From Bacteroidales bacterium UBA1715 (GTDB lineage Bacteria > Bacteroidota > Bacteroidia > Bacteroidales > UBA1715), in contig DCIX01000006.1 of NCBI GenBank assembly GCA_002317135.1, forward strand, positions 743-64,742: 64,000 nucleotides of DNA, written 5' to 3'. How positions within the stretch are numbered: the first letter of the stretch is position 1; every line of letters starts with the position of its first letter. Shown here piece after piece: positions 38,054 to 48,121 of the stretch. The notes beneath the pieces are model-generated. The model worked only from the letters and a program-made list of their open reading frames with translations. It was not told the DNA's origin and ran no database searches. The position numbers and the translations under genes were made by a program.

Positions 38054-40108
38054 ATGGGAAGATTTGTACGATTACTTCTTACTTATATTTTTCTTATAGT
38101 TTCGAATGCTGCTTTTTGTGAGAAAATAACAGTAAACAACATATACTACGAAATTACATCAAGTTCAACAGTTTCTGTTTCAAACAGAGGTGAAGAAGAA
38201 GACGATTGGATGTACTATCAAGCAAGCGAACTATACACCGGATCGCTTATTATTCCAAAAAGCATTTCGTATAACGAAACAACTTATACCGTTACGGCAA
38301 TTGCAAACGATGCATTTATAGGAAGTAAACTTTTAACTTCAATATTTATTCCCTCTACCGTACAAACAATTGGCAACGGTGCCTTTACCGGTTGTTCCGG
38401 ATTAGAAACTATTTCTGTTTCAGAGGCAAACAAGGTATTTGAAAGTTCTAATGGCATTTTATACAAAAAAAATCCTTCTTCCATCTTTTTTGTACCAAAA
38501 AACATAGCAAATGACATTACAATAAAAGAAGACATTACTGTCATACCAAGCTCCGCTTTTCAAAATTGTAAAAGAGTGACAACGATAACGATACCAGATA
38601 ATGTCACTACAATTGAAGACGGAGCATTTGCCGATTGTACTAATTTGGAAGAAATCTTCTTCGGCAAATCAGTGAAAACAATAGGTGTCAACGCATTCAA
38701 AGCCTGCAATAGTCTTTATATTGTAACAATTCCATCAAGTGTGACCAGCATTGCATCAAGTGCTTTTTCTAATTGCCAAAACTTACAGTATGTCCTTTTA
38801 AAAGAAGGCTTACAAAGTATTGGCAGTTACGCATTCTATAATTGTCAAAATATCATAGGAATAGAACTACCGAGCACACTTAAAAGCATTGGAGACAATG
38901 CGTTCAAAGAATGTATAAACTTATCTATCATACGAAATAATAGCAATTTACAATTAGAAAAAGGTTCCGAATCAAACGGTTGTGTGGCATTGTATGCAGA
39001 AGAAATTCAAACAGGCCAAACAACGCAACCAATCATTTCTGATTTTTTGCTAGAAATTGACAAATACAACTGTGGTTCTGTACAAGCAAGATTTGACATA
39101 AACAACAATATAGAATACGATTCGCTACGATGGAATTTTGGAGATGGAAAGATTGGGCCAAACGCTCCAAGAACAAGTTATGTATACGATAAGCCGGGAA
39201 CATTTAGTCCAAGTTTAACAGTTTGGAAAGATGGTATTTCCTGTGTTGTTACAAAAGAAAATGCCGTTGTTGTAAGAGAAGCACCAAATGCGAATTTCTA
39301 TTTTGAAAACACTGAGGTTATTGTTCCAAGACAGATTGATTTCATCTTAGAAGAAAAATCAGAAAGTGCAATTTCGTATAGTTGGAGTATTGAAAACGCA
39401 TATTCCCCTATTGTCGAATCTTCGGAAAAAGAATTCTCCTTTTATATTGAAGAAAGAGGTGCATATTTAATCACACTTACAGTGGAAAGCGAAAATGGAT
39501 GTTCATCAACTCATTATGAAGAAATTTATGCACAAGAACCAGGTGAATTCGAATATATAACAAGTAGTTGTGCAGGTCACCCAGACACTGAGCAAACAAC
39601 AGTGAATTATAGATTTGAAGGAGACAATCTTATTTTGTATGGTCAAATAATTACAAACTGTGGAGCCTTCTATACAGCAAAAATAATTGACGAGGGGGAC
39701 ATAATACGAATTCAAACATTCGAAAGTGCAATAGCATTTGCAGATTGCGAGTGCATATACAATTTTGAAATTCCTATTTCCAACTTCAATAGAGACTCAT
39801 GTATAATTGTATTTTTAGGTCGCACATTACACATAAACAGAAACCAAACGAGTATTACTACAACAGAAAACACTTCGGTAAAAATTTGGCAAAGTTCAAT
39901 TACACAAGAACTATTTATTGAAGCAGAAGATTATTCTGTAAACAAATACGAATATGAATTATATACTCCACAAGGACAAATCATTGAAAGACAACACATT
40001 TTCAGTCAAACGACACAAATAAATCTCCCAAACACTAACGGAATCTATTTTGTGACAGTATATAAAAATGGGAAAAAGATAACAGCAACCACTGTTGTAA
40101 AAAAGTAG
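38054..40108 (+). CDS. BspA-like leucine-rich-repeat surface protein with PKD domains and T9SS C-terminal domain
   Basis: 684 aa. It has repeated LRR_5-type units (IPSTVQTIGNGAFTGCSGL, IPDNVTTIEDGAFADCTNL, IPSSVTSIASSAFSNCQNL...). The PKD motif is RWNFGDGK. The C-terminal tail is ..NGIYFVTVYKNGKKITATTVVKK. Confidence 0.8.
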   Translation: MGRFVRLLLTYIFLIVSNAAFCEKITVNNIYYEITSSSTVSVSNRGEEEDDWMYYQASELYTGSLIIPKSISYNETTYTVTAIANDAFIGSKLLTSIFIPSTVQTIGNGAFTGCSGLETISVSEANKVFESSNGILYKKNPSSIFFVPKNIANDITIKEDITVIPSSAFQNCKRVTTITIPDNVTTIEDGAFADCTNLEEIFFGKSVKTIGVNAFKACNSLYIVTIPSSVTSIASSAFSNCQNLQYVLLKEGLQSIGSYAFYNCQNIIGIELPSTLKSIGDNAFKECINLSIIRNNSNLQLEKGSESNGCVALYAEEIQTGQTTQPIISDFLLEIDKYNCGSVQARFDINNNIEYDSLRWNFGDGKIGPNAPRTSYVYDKPGTFSPSLTVWKDGISCVVTKENAVVVREAPNANFYFENTEVIVPRQIDFILEEKSESAISYSWSIENAYSPIVESSEKEFSFYIEERGAYLITLTVESENGCSSTHYEEIYAQEPGEFEYITSSCAGHPDTEQTTVNYRFEGDNLILYGQIITNCGAFYTAKIIDEGDIIRIQTFESAIAFADCECIYNFEIPISNFNRDSCIIVFLGRTLHINRNQTSITTTENTSVKIWQSSITQELFIEAEDYSVNKYEYELYTPQGQIIERQHIFSQTTQINLPNTNGIYFVTVYKNGKKITATTVVKK

Positions 40109-40230
40109 CAAATACAATTTACGCATAAATAAGATTAAATTAAGTAAGTAATTTCTTTATGCAAAAAATTAATTATTGTAACTTTACCCCAAATAAAATC
40201 TAATCTGTATTTGTATATAAATAACTGACT

Positions 40231-42657
40231 ATGAATATTCAAAAAATTTTTTCCATTTGTCTATTTAGTGTTATTCTAACACTAACAAGTCAAGCACAAG
40301 AAAAAACTCCTAATTTTATAAACCATAGAGGACAAGACATTTTCCTTAGCGGTATAAATGTAGCGTGGATGAGTTATGGACACGACCTTACCGGATTCGA
40401 CAAAGAAAAATGGGAAGCAATTTGCGACGATGTTGTTTCTGCAGGAGGGAACTCGCTACGCTGGTGGATACATGTAGACGGACGTTCGACTCCTACATAT
40501 AGTACAGAAAATGATTTAGTTACAGGCATTAGCGAAAAAGCATTAGACAATCTTGCGTTGGCAATGGATATAGCAGCTACTAAAGGTGTTGTTGTAAGCC
40601 TTTGTTTGTGGGCCCATCAAATGATGAACACAGATGACGGAGATAAAGGAACAACACAAGCTATTACACGTGTTCGCAGAAATAAGTTACTATTAACCAA
40701 TGCTGAAGCAACACAAAGTTATATAGACAATGCTTTGATTCCTATGGTTGAAAGAGTAAAGAACCACACTGCTGTTCTTTGTTGGGAAATTTTCAACGAA
40801 CCTGAAGGAATGACAAGTTTCGCAAACTGGTCGGGATTTGAGCAAGTAAAAATCACTGATATACAAAGATTTGTAAACATGTGTGCCGGTGCTATTCACC
40901 GTACTGATCCTACAGCAAAAGTATCAAATGGTACTTGGAGATTGAACTATACATCTGAATATTCCGGAGGAAAGAACTTCTACAGCGACGAAGCCTTAAT
41001 TGCTGCCGGAAATGACAAAGATGGTTATCTTGATTTCTATATGTTCCACTACTACCCTAACGAAGTTGGTTCAGACTACTCTCCTTTCCACAAGGATTTC
41101 AATACTTTAAAATTAACAAAAAACACAATTATCGGTGAATTTCCAGCACACGGAATTATAAAAATTAAAGGTCAAACATTTATACCTCGTAAACAACTTA
41201 CTACGACAGATGCAATGCTTTGGTTATACCAAAACGGTTTCTCTGGTGGTTGGGGATGGACATATACTGACCACGATGGTTGTGGCGGTTTAGACGACAT
41301 GCGAGAAGCAATGGATACTTTGAAAAAAATGTATCCAGAACATATTGTAATACAACACGATCCATCTTTCAACTATATTCCACGCATAACAAAAAGAATG
41401 GCAGACACTGTTTTGTACACAAATTCAGAAAAAATCGTTGATTACCTAACTGTCAGTGAATATTTTGAAGATGATGAAAACGATGTTTTAACATACAGCA
41501 TTGAGTCTTCAGGCATAATTACAGGCGAGCTAAATGGTGACAAAGTCAGTTTTACTGCAGAAAAAGACAAAACTGGCTACGGAACAATTCTTGTCATTGC
41601 TACCGACAAAGGTGGAAAAACAATTTCTCAATCTTTTTCTGTACTTGTTCGTAATGAAGAAAATACCTCAACAAACAAATTACTTAATGCATTTGCAACT
41701 TGCTCAAGCATAGAAGAAGACCAATATCGTCAATATTATGCAACAGATGGCGATTTAGAAACTCGTTGGAGTTCAGCATATAACGATGATGAATACATTC
41801 TTTTTGATATGATGAAAGAAGAAGAAATCCGTCGTCTTGTTTTATATTGGGAATGGAACGAAGCTGAAAGCAAAGGAGCATACGCACAAGCATATACAAT
41901 TGAAGTTTCATCTGATAAAAAAACTTGGGAAACGGTATTTTCAGTATCGCAAGGACAAACAATAAAAAGCAACATCGTTCTTCGAAAAGATGACGAACCA
42001 GCTATTTCTTGCCGATACATCCGTATTCATTTCACAGAAAGAGCAACAAGTTGGGGATACTCACTACGCGAAGTTGAAGCCTACGATTTTGACGATCATG
42101 CAAACAATGCAACAAGAAATAAAGTCAATACAAGAACAAAATACCAAGCAACATACGCAAATGCAGAATTCAAATATCAAATCTTACGTTCGTTCTTTAT
42201 TGACAACAATTATGATGTGTTAAGTGTTTCTGCAACCAACCTTCCTGAATGGTTACATTTTGACAATCAAACACTTATATTACAAGGTACACCATCAGCT
42301 AAAGATGAAGGTTCACACATTATTACAATACAATCAGAAGATTTCTTTGGTGTTACAGCCAGCTACGAATTAGAAATAAAGGTTTGGCCTTCTGCAAGCA
42401 TTGAAGAAGACAAAAACGCCATAAATATATTTCCTAACCCTTGCGTTGGTGACACATTCACAATTGCAATCACAAATATCGAAGGCAAAGCGTTAGCTTC
42501 GTTTACCGATGTAAATGGCAAACTTGCCGGTATCAAATACATTCAATTCGTAAACGGTATGGCAACTTGCACAACCGATGGATTATCGAAAGGCATATAT
42601 GTTGCCACAATCCGTGTCAATGGAGAAACATATAAAGAAAAAGTTGTGATAGAATAA
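40231..42657 (+). CDS. Multi-modular GH5-like (clan GH-A) glycoside hydrolase, probable beta-mannanase, with Ig-like modules, F5/8 type C (CBM32-like) domain and T9SS CTD
   Basis: 808 aa with a signal peptide. Acid/base motif is CWEIFNEPEG and the nucleophile region is IIGEFPA. The discoidin-like segment is ATDGDLETRWSS...YSLREVEAY. The cadherin/Ig-like segment is LPEWLHFDNQTLILQGTPS. The CTD is NIFPNPCVGDTF...GIYVATIRVNGETYKEKVVIE. Confidence 0.7.
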   Translation: MNIQKIFSICLFSVILTLTSQAQEKTPNFINHRGQDIFLSGINVAWMSYGHDLTGFDKEKWEAICDDVVSAGGNSLRWWIHVDGRSTPTYSTENDLVTGISEKALDNLALAMDIAATKGVVVSLCLWAHQMMNTDDGDKGTTQAITRVRRNKLLLTNAEATQSYIDNALIPMVERVKNHTAVLCWEIFNEPEGMTSFANWSGFEQVKITDIQRFVNMCAGAIHRTDPTAKVSNGTWRLNYTSEYSGGKNFYSDEALIAAGNDKDGYLDFYMFHYYPNEVGSDYSPFHKDFNTLKLTKNTIIGEFPAHGIIKIKGQTFIPRKQLTTTDAMLWLYQNGFSGGWGWTYTDHDGCGGLDDMREAMDTLKKMYPEHIVIQHDPSFNYIPRITKRMADTVLYTNSEKIVDYLTVSEYFEDDENDVLTYSIESSGIITGELNGDKVSFTAEKDKTGYGTILVIATDKGGKTISQSFSVLVRNEENTSTNKLLNAFATCSSIEEDQYRQYYATDGDLETRWSSAYNDDEYILFDMMKEEEIRRLVLYWEWNEAESKGAYAQAYTIEVSSDKKTWETVFSVSQGQTIKSNIVLRKDDEPAISCRYIRIHFTERATSWGYSLREVEAYDFDDHANNATRNKVNTRTKYQATYANAEFKYQILRSFFIDNNYDVLSVSATNLPEWLHFDNQTLILQGTPSAKDEGSHIITIQSEDFFGVTASYELEIKVWPSASIEEDKNAINIFPNPCVGDTFTIAITNIEGKALASFTDVNGKLAGIKYIQFVNGMATCTTDGLSKGIYVATIRVNGETYKEKVVIE

Positions 42658-43718
42658 TGAAGCGTTTCCTTTCGTTCATAACATTCCTTTGTCTTTTCTG
42701 TTGTGCATTTTCACAGCAACGGATAGCTATTCAAGGAAATTCATTTGTATACAATGGTAAACCATTGTTCTTAATTGGTACCAATACTCCTTGGGACAAT
42801 TGGAATGATTTCGGAGGGAAATACAACCCACAATTTTGGGAAGATGAATTTGCAAAACTCGAAGAGAATGGTATAAACAGTTCTCGAGTATGGATTAGTT
42901 GCGATGCCGAAGGGCAGCCTACAGTTGACAAAGAAGGTGTTCCACACCCTGCTTCCGCCCAATTCTGGAGCGACCTTGACGATATGATGGCGAAAGCAGC
43001 AAAACATCATATTTTCATCATTGCCACAATTTCCTCATTCGATAATCTTGACAATACTAAAAAAGCATCTGAGAATTGGCTTACAATGTTGGGATGTACA
43101 CAAAAAATCCAACAATATTGCGACATTTTCCTAAAACCATTATTAGAGCGTTACAAAGACAATCCTTATTTCTTTGCAATAGACATTTGCAATGAACCTG
43201 AATGGACACATGAGCACAAGAAATATGGTGGTTTAGAATGGGATTATATGCAAATGTTTGTTGGGATGTGCGCAGCTACAATACATTCCGAAAACTCACC
43301 AATATTTGCAACAGTTGGAAGTGCAGCCGTTAAATGGAGCTGCGACAAATTCGAAGGAAACAAATGGAGCGACAAAGCCTTACAAGAAATCACAATGGAT
43401 TCCTTAGCCTATATGGATTTTTGGCAAATTCACTACTACGAATGGACAAATCAATTTGACAATCCTTTCCATAAAGATCCAGCATTTTGGGGCTTACAAG
43501 ACAGACCTTGCATTATTGGAGAAACGCCAGGGAATAACAAAATCTATGGTTTCCCTATCACATACGAAGAAATCTACAAATTACCATATCAATTAGGATA
43601 TTCAGGAGTATTTCCTTGGACATCAAATGGAGCTGGCATAGGAGATTTCGGGACTATAAAAACATTTGGTCCAGGAGCAAAATCATTTTCGAAATTATTA
43701 CAAAAAAATAATAAATAA
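42657..43718 (+). CDS. GH5-like (clan GH-A) glycoside hydrolase, single catalytic domain
   Basis: 353 aa with a signal peptide. Motifs are FFAIDICNEPEW and CIIGETPG. It is paralogous to the catalytic domain of the upstream gene. TAATG overlaps occur on both sides. Confidence 0.7.
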   Translation: MKRFLSFITFLCLFCCAFSQQRIAIQGNSFVYNGKPLFLIGTNTPWDNWNDFGGKYNPQFWEDEFAKLEENGINSSRVWISCDAEGQPTVDKEGVPHPASAQFWSDLDDMMAKAAKHHIFIIATISSFDNLDNTKKASENWLTMLGCTQKIQQYCDIFLKPLLERYKDNPYFFAIDICNEPEWTHEHKKYGGLEWDYMQMFVGMCAATIHSENSPIFATVGSAAVKWSCDKFEGNKWSDKALQEITMDSLAYMDFWQIHYYEWTNQFDNPFHKDPAFWGLQDRPCIIGETPGNNKIYGFPITYEEIYKLPYQLGYSGVFPWTSNGAGIGDFGTIKTFGPGAKSFSKLLQKNNK

Positions 43719-45187
43719 TGGAACTACTAAACAACAGACCTAAATTAGGAGAAAAAATCTGCTACGGATTTGGCGACCTAGGTTCTTGCCTATTTTGGCA
43801 AACAATCACATTTTACTTATCATACTTCTACACAGATGTATTCGGATTAGCACCTGCAGTTGCAGGAACAATGTTCTTAATTTCCCGTATCATTGATGCA
43901 TTTTTCGATGTTTTCATTGGTATGGCTGCCGACAGAACCGAAACACGTTGGGGAAAATTCCGCCCTTATATTGTATTTGGTGCCGTTCCTCTATCGGTAG
44001 CAGCAATTGCTGCATTTACAACCCCATCATTTGGAGAAATCGGGAATGTAGTGTACGCATACGCAACATTCATTCTATTTATGTGTTTGTATTCTACAGT
44101 AAACATTCCATACACTTCTCTTTTAAGTGTTATTAGTGCCGATGCAGACGACAGAACACAAGCTTCGTCATACAAATTCGTTGGTGCATATCTTGGTGGT
44201 ATTATTGTTTCGGCTACAGCACTTCCACTTGCAGCATATTTCGGGAATGTTGAAGATGGGGCATCAAAAGAAGCCGTAATTCAAGCACAACAATCTGGTT
44301 GGAGCTACACAATGATTGTATATGCAATCGCAGCAATCGCTTGTTTTGCAATCACTTTCTTTGCTGTAAAAGAACGCGTAAAACCTATTTCAGAAGAAAA
44401 AACAACAGCGACTAAGGATTTGTTGGATATTGTTCACAACAAACCTTGGATATTACTATTTGTTATAACAATTTTATTCATTCTTTATAACTGCATCCGT
44501 TTAAATGTAACGACACATTACTTTAAATACTATATTGGAGAACAAGAAGTTTCTTGGTTAACTTCTCTTTTAAATATCTTCCGCGATACAGCTGTAGAAA
44601 GCGAGAAATTCAGTTTTGAAACACTAGCATCTATTTTCAATACAACCGGTCAATTATTGTCGTTGGTCGGTGTACTTGCAGTACCTTGGTTCTCAAGAAT
44701 ATTGGGAAGAAAACGTGCATGCGTTATTTTGATGTTAGTTTCAATCATTTGTACAGGTTCATTCATTTTCTTCAACCCAGAAAATATGTTCCTAATATTG
44801 TTATTCCAAGGTATTGGATCTATCTGTGGTGGACCTATTTCATCATTACTTTGGGTAATGTATGCTGACACTGCAGATTATTCGGAATGGAAAAACGGAA
44901 CTCGTGCAGACGGACTTGTATTCTCTGCATCAATTATGTCGAACAAACTTGGTTGGGCAATTGGCGGTATGATTTCAATGGTTATTCTTCAAGCAACAGG
45001 TTTCGTTGCCAACGAAATCCAAAATGAAGACACACTTTTCGGACTTAAAGCAATGATGAGTATCATTCCTGTTGTTGCAGGTGTTATCGCATTGTTCATC
45101 CTTAAGTTCTTCTACAAACTTGACGAAAAAACAATGGAAGGCATTCAATCTGACCTAAAAGTTAGACGCGAAGCAGTAGGAAAATAA
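43718..45187 (+). CDS. Glycoside-pentoside-hexuronide (GPH):cation symporter family transporter
   Basis: 489 aa, about 12 TM segments. Matching segments are KICYGFGDLG and ADRTETRWGKFRPYI. Confidence 0.85.
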   Translation: MELLNNRPKLGEKICYGFGDLGSCLFWQTITFYLSYFYTDVFGLAPAVAGTMFLISRIIDAFFDVFIGMAADRTETRWGKFRPYIVFGAVPLSVAAIAAFTTPSFGEIGNVVYAYATFILFMCLYSTVNIPYTSLLSVISADADDRTQASSYKFVGAYLGGIIVSATALPLAAYFGNVEDGASKEAVIQAQQSGWSYTMIVYAIAAIACFAITFFAVKERVKPISEEKTTATKDLLDIVHNKPWILLFVITILFILYNCIRLNVTTHYFKYYIGEQEVSWLTSLLNIFRDTAVESEKFSFETLASIFNTTGQLLSLVGVLAVPWFSRILGRKRACVILMLVSIICTGSFIFFNPENMFLILLFQGIGSICGGPISSLLWVMYADTADYSEWKNGTRADGLVFSASIMSNKLGWAIGGMISMVILQATGFVANEIQNEDTLFGLKAMMSIIPVVAGVIALFILKFFYKLDEKTMEGIQSDLKVRREAVGK

Positions 45188-45213
45188 TTATGAATTAATA
45201 TAAAACAACTATT

Positions 45214-46203
45214 ATGGCTACAATTATCGGTAACAATCTTCCAAATATTCCTTGGGAAGAAAAACCAGCAGGATGCAAAGACATCCTATGGCGTTATAGC
45301 AAAAATCCTATCATTGATTGGAATCCAATACCAACAGCAGGACGTGTTTACAATAGTGCTGTTGTTCCTTTTAACGGTGCATTTGCAGGAGTTTTCCGTG
45401 GCGACCAACGCAATGGCCGTGCAACTCTATTTTCTGGTTTCAGTAAAGATGGTATAAACATTGAATTAAATCCAGAACTAATTCAATGGGTGAACGAAGA
45501 CGGAACACCTAATCCTACAAGTTACGCATACGATCCTCGCGTTGTAAAAATCGAAGACAAATACTTCGTAACATGGTGCGACGACATGAAAGGTCCTTCA
45601 ATTGGTTTAGGCTATACAACAGATTTTAAAACATTCTACCGTATGCCTAATCCACTTATGCCTTACAACCGTAATGGTGTTTTGTTCCCACGTAAAATAA
45701 ACGGTAAATACATGTTGTTGAGCCGTCCAAGTGATACAGGTCACACTCCATTTGGAAACATTTACATTAGCGAAAGTCCAGATATGGAACACTGGGGGCA
45801 CCACAAACTAGTTATGACTAACGGTGGACAAGGTTGGTGGCAAGGTATGAAAGTTGGTGCAGGACCAGTTCCTATCGAAACTACAGAAGGTTGGTTATTG
45901 TTCTACCACGGTGTTTCAAGCACTTGCAATGGTTATGTATATAGCTATGGTGCTGTTCTTCTTGACATTGACAATCCTTCAAAAGTATTGTACAGAACAC
46001 GCGATTACTTACTTACTCCAGAAGTTGACTACGAAACACGCGGATTCGTACCTAATGTAACTTTCCCTTGTGCAAACTTATATGATGCAGCAACAGGACG
46101 CATTTGCATCTACTACGGTGCAGCCGATACATTCACAGCATTGGCATTCTGTCAAGTAGATGAATTGATTGATTATATGAAAAAGAACTCTGAAGTTTTT
46201 TAA
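45214..46203 (+). CDS. GH130 family beta-mannoside phosphorylase/hydrolase
   Basis: 329 aa. Segments WRYSKNPII, VYNSAVVPFNG, AYDPRVVKIEDKYFVTW, NRNGVLFPRKINGKYMLLSRP, GWLLFYHGV and IYYGAADT match the GH130 five-bladed propeller pattern. Confidence 0.8.
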   Translation: MATIIGNNLPNIPWEEKPAGCKDILWRYSKNPIIDWNPIPTAGRVYNSAVVPFNGAFAGVFRGDQRNGRATLFSGFSKDGINIELNPELIQWVNEDGTPNPTSYAYDPRVVKIEDKYFVTWCDDMKGPSIGLGYTTDFKTFYRMPNPLMPYNRNGVLFPRKINGKYMLLSRPSDTGHTPFGNIYISESPDMEHWGHHKLVMTNGGQGWWQGMKVGAGPVPIETTEGWLLFYHGVSSTCNGYVYSYGAVLLDIDNPSKVLYRTRDYLLTPEVDYETRGFVPNVTFPCANLYDAATGRICIYYGAADTFTALAFCQVDELIDYMKKNSEVF

Positions 46204-46225
46204 TCCATATTTGAGATAAAAAAGA

Positions 46226-46260
46226 AACGCAGAATCAAGAATTTGGTTCTGCGTTTTTTT
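46226..46260. terminator. Bidirectional rho-independent terminator between convergent genes
   Basis: The stem is aacgcagaa(tcaa) / (ttgg)ttctgcgtt. An A-run lies on the left and a T-run on the right. It sits between the GH130 stop (46203) and the radical-SAM stop (46262). Confidence 0.75.
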
Positions 46261-46261
46261 A

Positions 46262-47203
46262 TCATTTCACAAACTTCTTCCCTTGCCACGAATCTCTTTT
46301 GACAAATTCAGCTTCAATTTTTTGGAGAACAACATCGTAACGAGTTAAGCCCCATGTATTTTCACGCAAAAAGCGTGGTGGAACCTCACCAGCAAATCGT
46401 TCTATCACAAAATGAGGATTGAGTTTTTCGGTTATATCAACAATAAATGGAACATAGTTATCCATTGTAAAAGGATAAAAATCTTCAGGTTTCTCATAAT
46501 ATTCCTTTTCCATTTTTGTATCACGAATCAATTGTAGTTGGTGGAATTTTATTCCATCCATAGGCAAATTGTTCATTAGTTGAGCTGCCTCCAACCAGTA
46601 CTCTGGATTTTCGCCAGGCAAGCCAAACATAAAATGTCCAGCCGTATGAATACCATATTGCTTTGTAAGCGTAAATGCATCCACAGCTTGTTGGAAAGTA
46701 TGTCCGCGATTGATTCGTGCTAATGTTTCATCAAAACAAGATTCAACACCATATTCAATAGAAACAAACATTGATTTCTGCAATTCTGCAAAGAATTCCA
46801 ATTTCTGCTCATCTATACAATCTGGGCGAGTTCCAACAACAATACCTTTCACCAACGGATGTTCAATTGCCGGAGTATAGATTTCCTTCATTTTTTCCAG
46901 CGAAGCGTATGTATTTGAATAAGCCTGAAAATACGCTAAATAACCATCGGCACGACGATAGCGATTTTGATGAAATTCTATACCTTCATCCAACTGTTGG
47001 CGAACTGATTTGCGAACATCACAATACGAAGGATTGAACGCATCGTTCACGCAATAAGTACAACCACCAACGCCAATACTACCATCACGATTGGGACAAG
47101 TAAAACCTGCATTCAATGTCAGTTTCTGCATTCTGCCACCAAACCGTTCCAAAAGAAATCGTTTGTAAGAGTTAAATCTCCGGTTATCGCCCCAAGAATA
47201 CAT
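46262..47203 (-). CDS. TIGR01212-family radical SAM protein
   Basis: Segments LTLNAGFTCPNRDGSIGVGGCTYC and GIKFHQLQL match the YhcC/TIGR01212 pattern. The track starts at a TTG at 47209; I prefer the ATG at 47203 (MYSWGDNRRF). Confidence 0.8.
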   Translation of the reverse strand: MYSWGDNRRFNSYKRFLLERFGGRMQKLTLNAGFTCPNRDGSIGVGGCTYCVNDAFNPSYCDVRKSVRQQLDEGIEFHQNRYRRADGYLAYFQAYSNTYASLEKMKEIYTPAIEHPLVKGIVVGTRPDCIDEQKLEFFAELQKSMFVSIEYGVESCFDETLARINRGHTFQQAVDAFTLTKQYGIHTAGHFMFGLPGENPEYWLEAAQLMNNLPMDGIKFHQLQLIRDTKMEKEYYEKPEDFYPFTMDNYVPFIVDITEKLNPHFVIERFAGEVPPRFLRENTWGLTRYDVVLQKIEAEFVKRDSWQGKKFVK

Positions 47204-47212
47204 TGACAATGA

Positions 47213-47692
47213 TTAATGATTAATGATTAATGGTACAGAATCTTTTTCTGCAGAAATCAATTTTTCTCCGTGATACACCAATTTCAAATTGAAAAACGGT
47301 TCATTCGAATTGTTTACCAATTTTAGAAAAATAGCATCGCCTTCCCACATTGGAAGTTCTGTTAGTTTGTCTTTTGCTATCCACGCCAAATCACCTTCGT
47401 CACACTCTTTTTGCGTACCATACCATTCCAAACAGGAGAACAAATGCATCACCTCACCTTCCATATCATCGAGATAGAATGTAACTATGCCACGATAATT
47501 CCATTTTGTAACAGTAAAGCCCGTTTCTTCCCAAACTTCACGCAACATACATTGTTCTGGCGTTTCACCTGCTTCAAATTTGCCTCCCACACCAATCCAC
47601 TTATCGTGATTGATGTCATTCGCCTTCTTTGTACGATGAAGCATCAAATAACGACCATCATTTTCTAAATAGCAAAGCGTGGTCTGTTTCAT
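47213..47692 (-). CDS. NUDIX hydrolase (MutT-like)
   Basis: 159 aa with the Nudix box GVGGKFEAGETPEQCMLREVWEETG. Confidence 0.9.
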   Translation of the reverse strand: MKQTTLCYLENDGRYLMLHRTKKANDINHDKWIGVGGKFEAGETPEQCMLREVWEETGFTVTKWNYRGIVTFYLDDMEGEVMHLFSCLEWYGTQKECDEGDLAWIAKDKLTELPMWEGDAIFLKLVNNSNEPFFNLKLVYHGEKLISAEKDSVPLIINH

Positions 47693-48042
47693 TATTTATG
47701 ACACTCGTGATTACAAACAATCTGTGTATCTTTCAAATTACCAGCAATATATGCAGCAACAACATCATCTATTGCACCGCTACAACCACGAATAACAGAT
47801 ATATTATTTTGTCCAAGAACAGCAATTGCACCATCACCCATATTTCCAGCCAACATAACAGAAACACCAAGATTTCGTAATATCGGTGCAATTCCAGATT
47901 TACAACCACAACCTTGCGGAGAAGGCAATTCTGCTTTACCCAAAATGTTTTTGTTGTCATCCAATTCGTAAATCGTAAAATAAGCACAATGACCAAAATG
48001 ACTATCGACCATTCCTTGTGCCGTTGGTACTGCTATTTTCAT
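47692..48042 (-). CDS. NifB/NifX-family (dinitrogenase FeMo-cofactor biosynthesis domain) small protein
   Basis: 116 aa. MKIAVPT...VDSHFGHCAYFTIYE...AGNMGDGA is typical of PF02579-type proteins. It has a Cys/His-rich C-terminus, CNHECHK. Confidence 0.75.
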   Translation of the reverse strand: MKIAVPTAQGMVDSHFGHCAYFTIYELDDNKNILGKAELPSPQGCGCKSGIAPILRNLGVSVMLAGNMGDGAIAVLGQNNISVIRGCSGAIDDVVAAYIAGNLKDTQIVCNHECHK

Positions 48043-48057
48043 AATCTTTATTTTTTA

Positions 48058-48065
48058 CAAAGATA
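48058..48065 (-). promoter_or_regulatory. Candidate -7 promoter element (TAnnTTTG) upstream of the NifX-like gene
   Basis: The minus strand reads TATCTTTG, about 15 nt upstream of the ATG at 48042. Confidence 0.35.
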
Positions 48066-48121
48066 TAAAATTACAAGAAACAAAGAGACGAAACACATAT
48101 CGTATTCATTAGGAAACAGAG

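Noticed and set aside
47209-47232. 7-bp tandem repeat (atgatta x3 plus a partial copy) spanning the Nudix stop codon and the gap before the radical-SAM start. It is a possible slipped-strand switch.
   Set aside because: It has only three copies in AT-rich DNA. It encodes ..LIINH* in frame and shows no evidence of length variation. Most likely chance.
47692-48042. NifX-like gene as an indicator of nitrogen fixation
   Set aside because: No nifH/D/K/E/N/B genes are in the window. Stand-alone PF02579-type proteins are common in non-diazotrophs.
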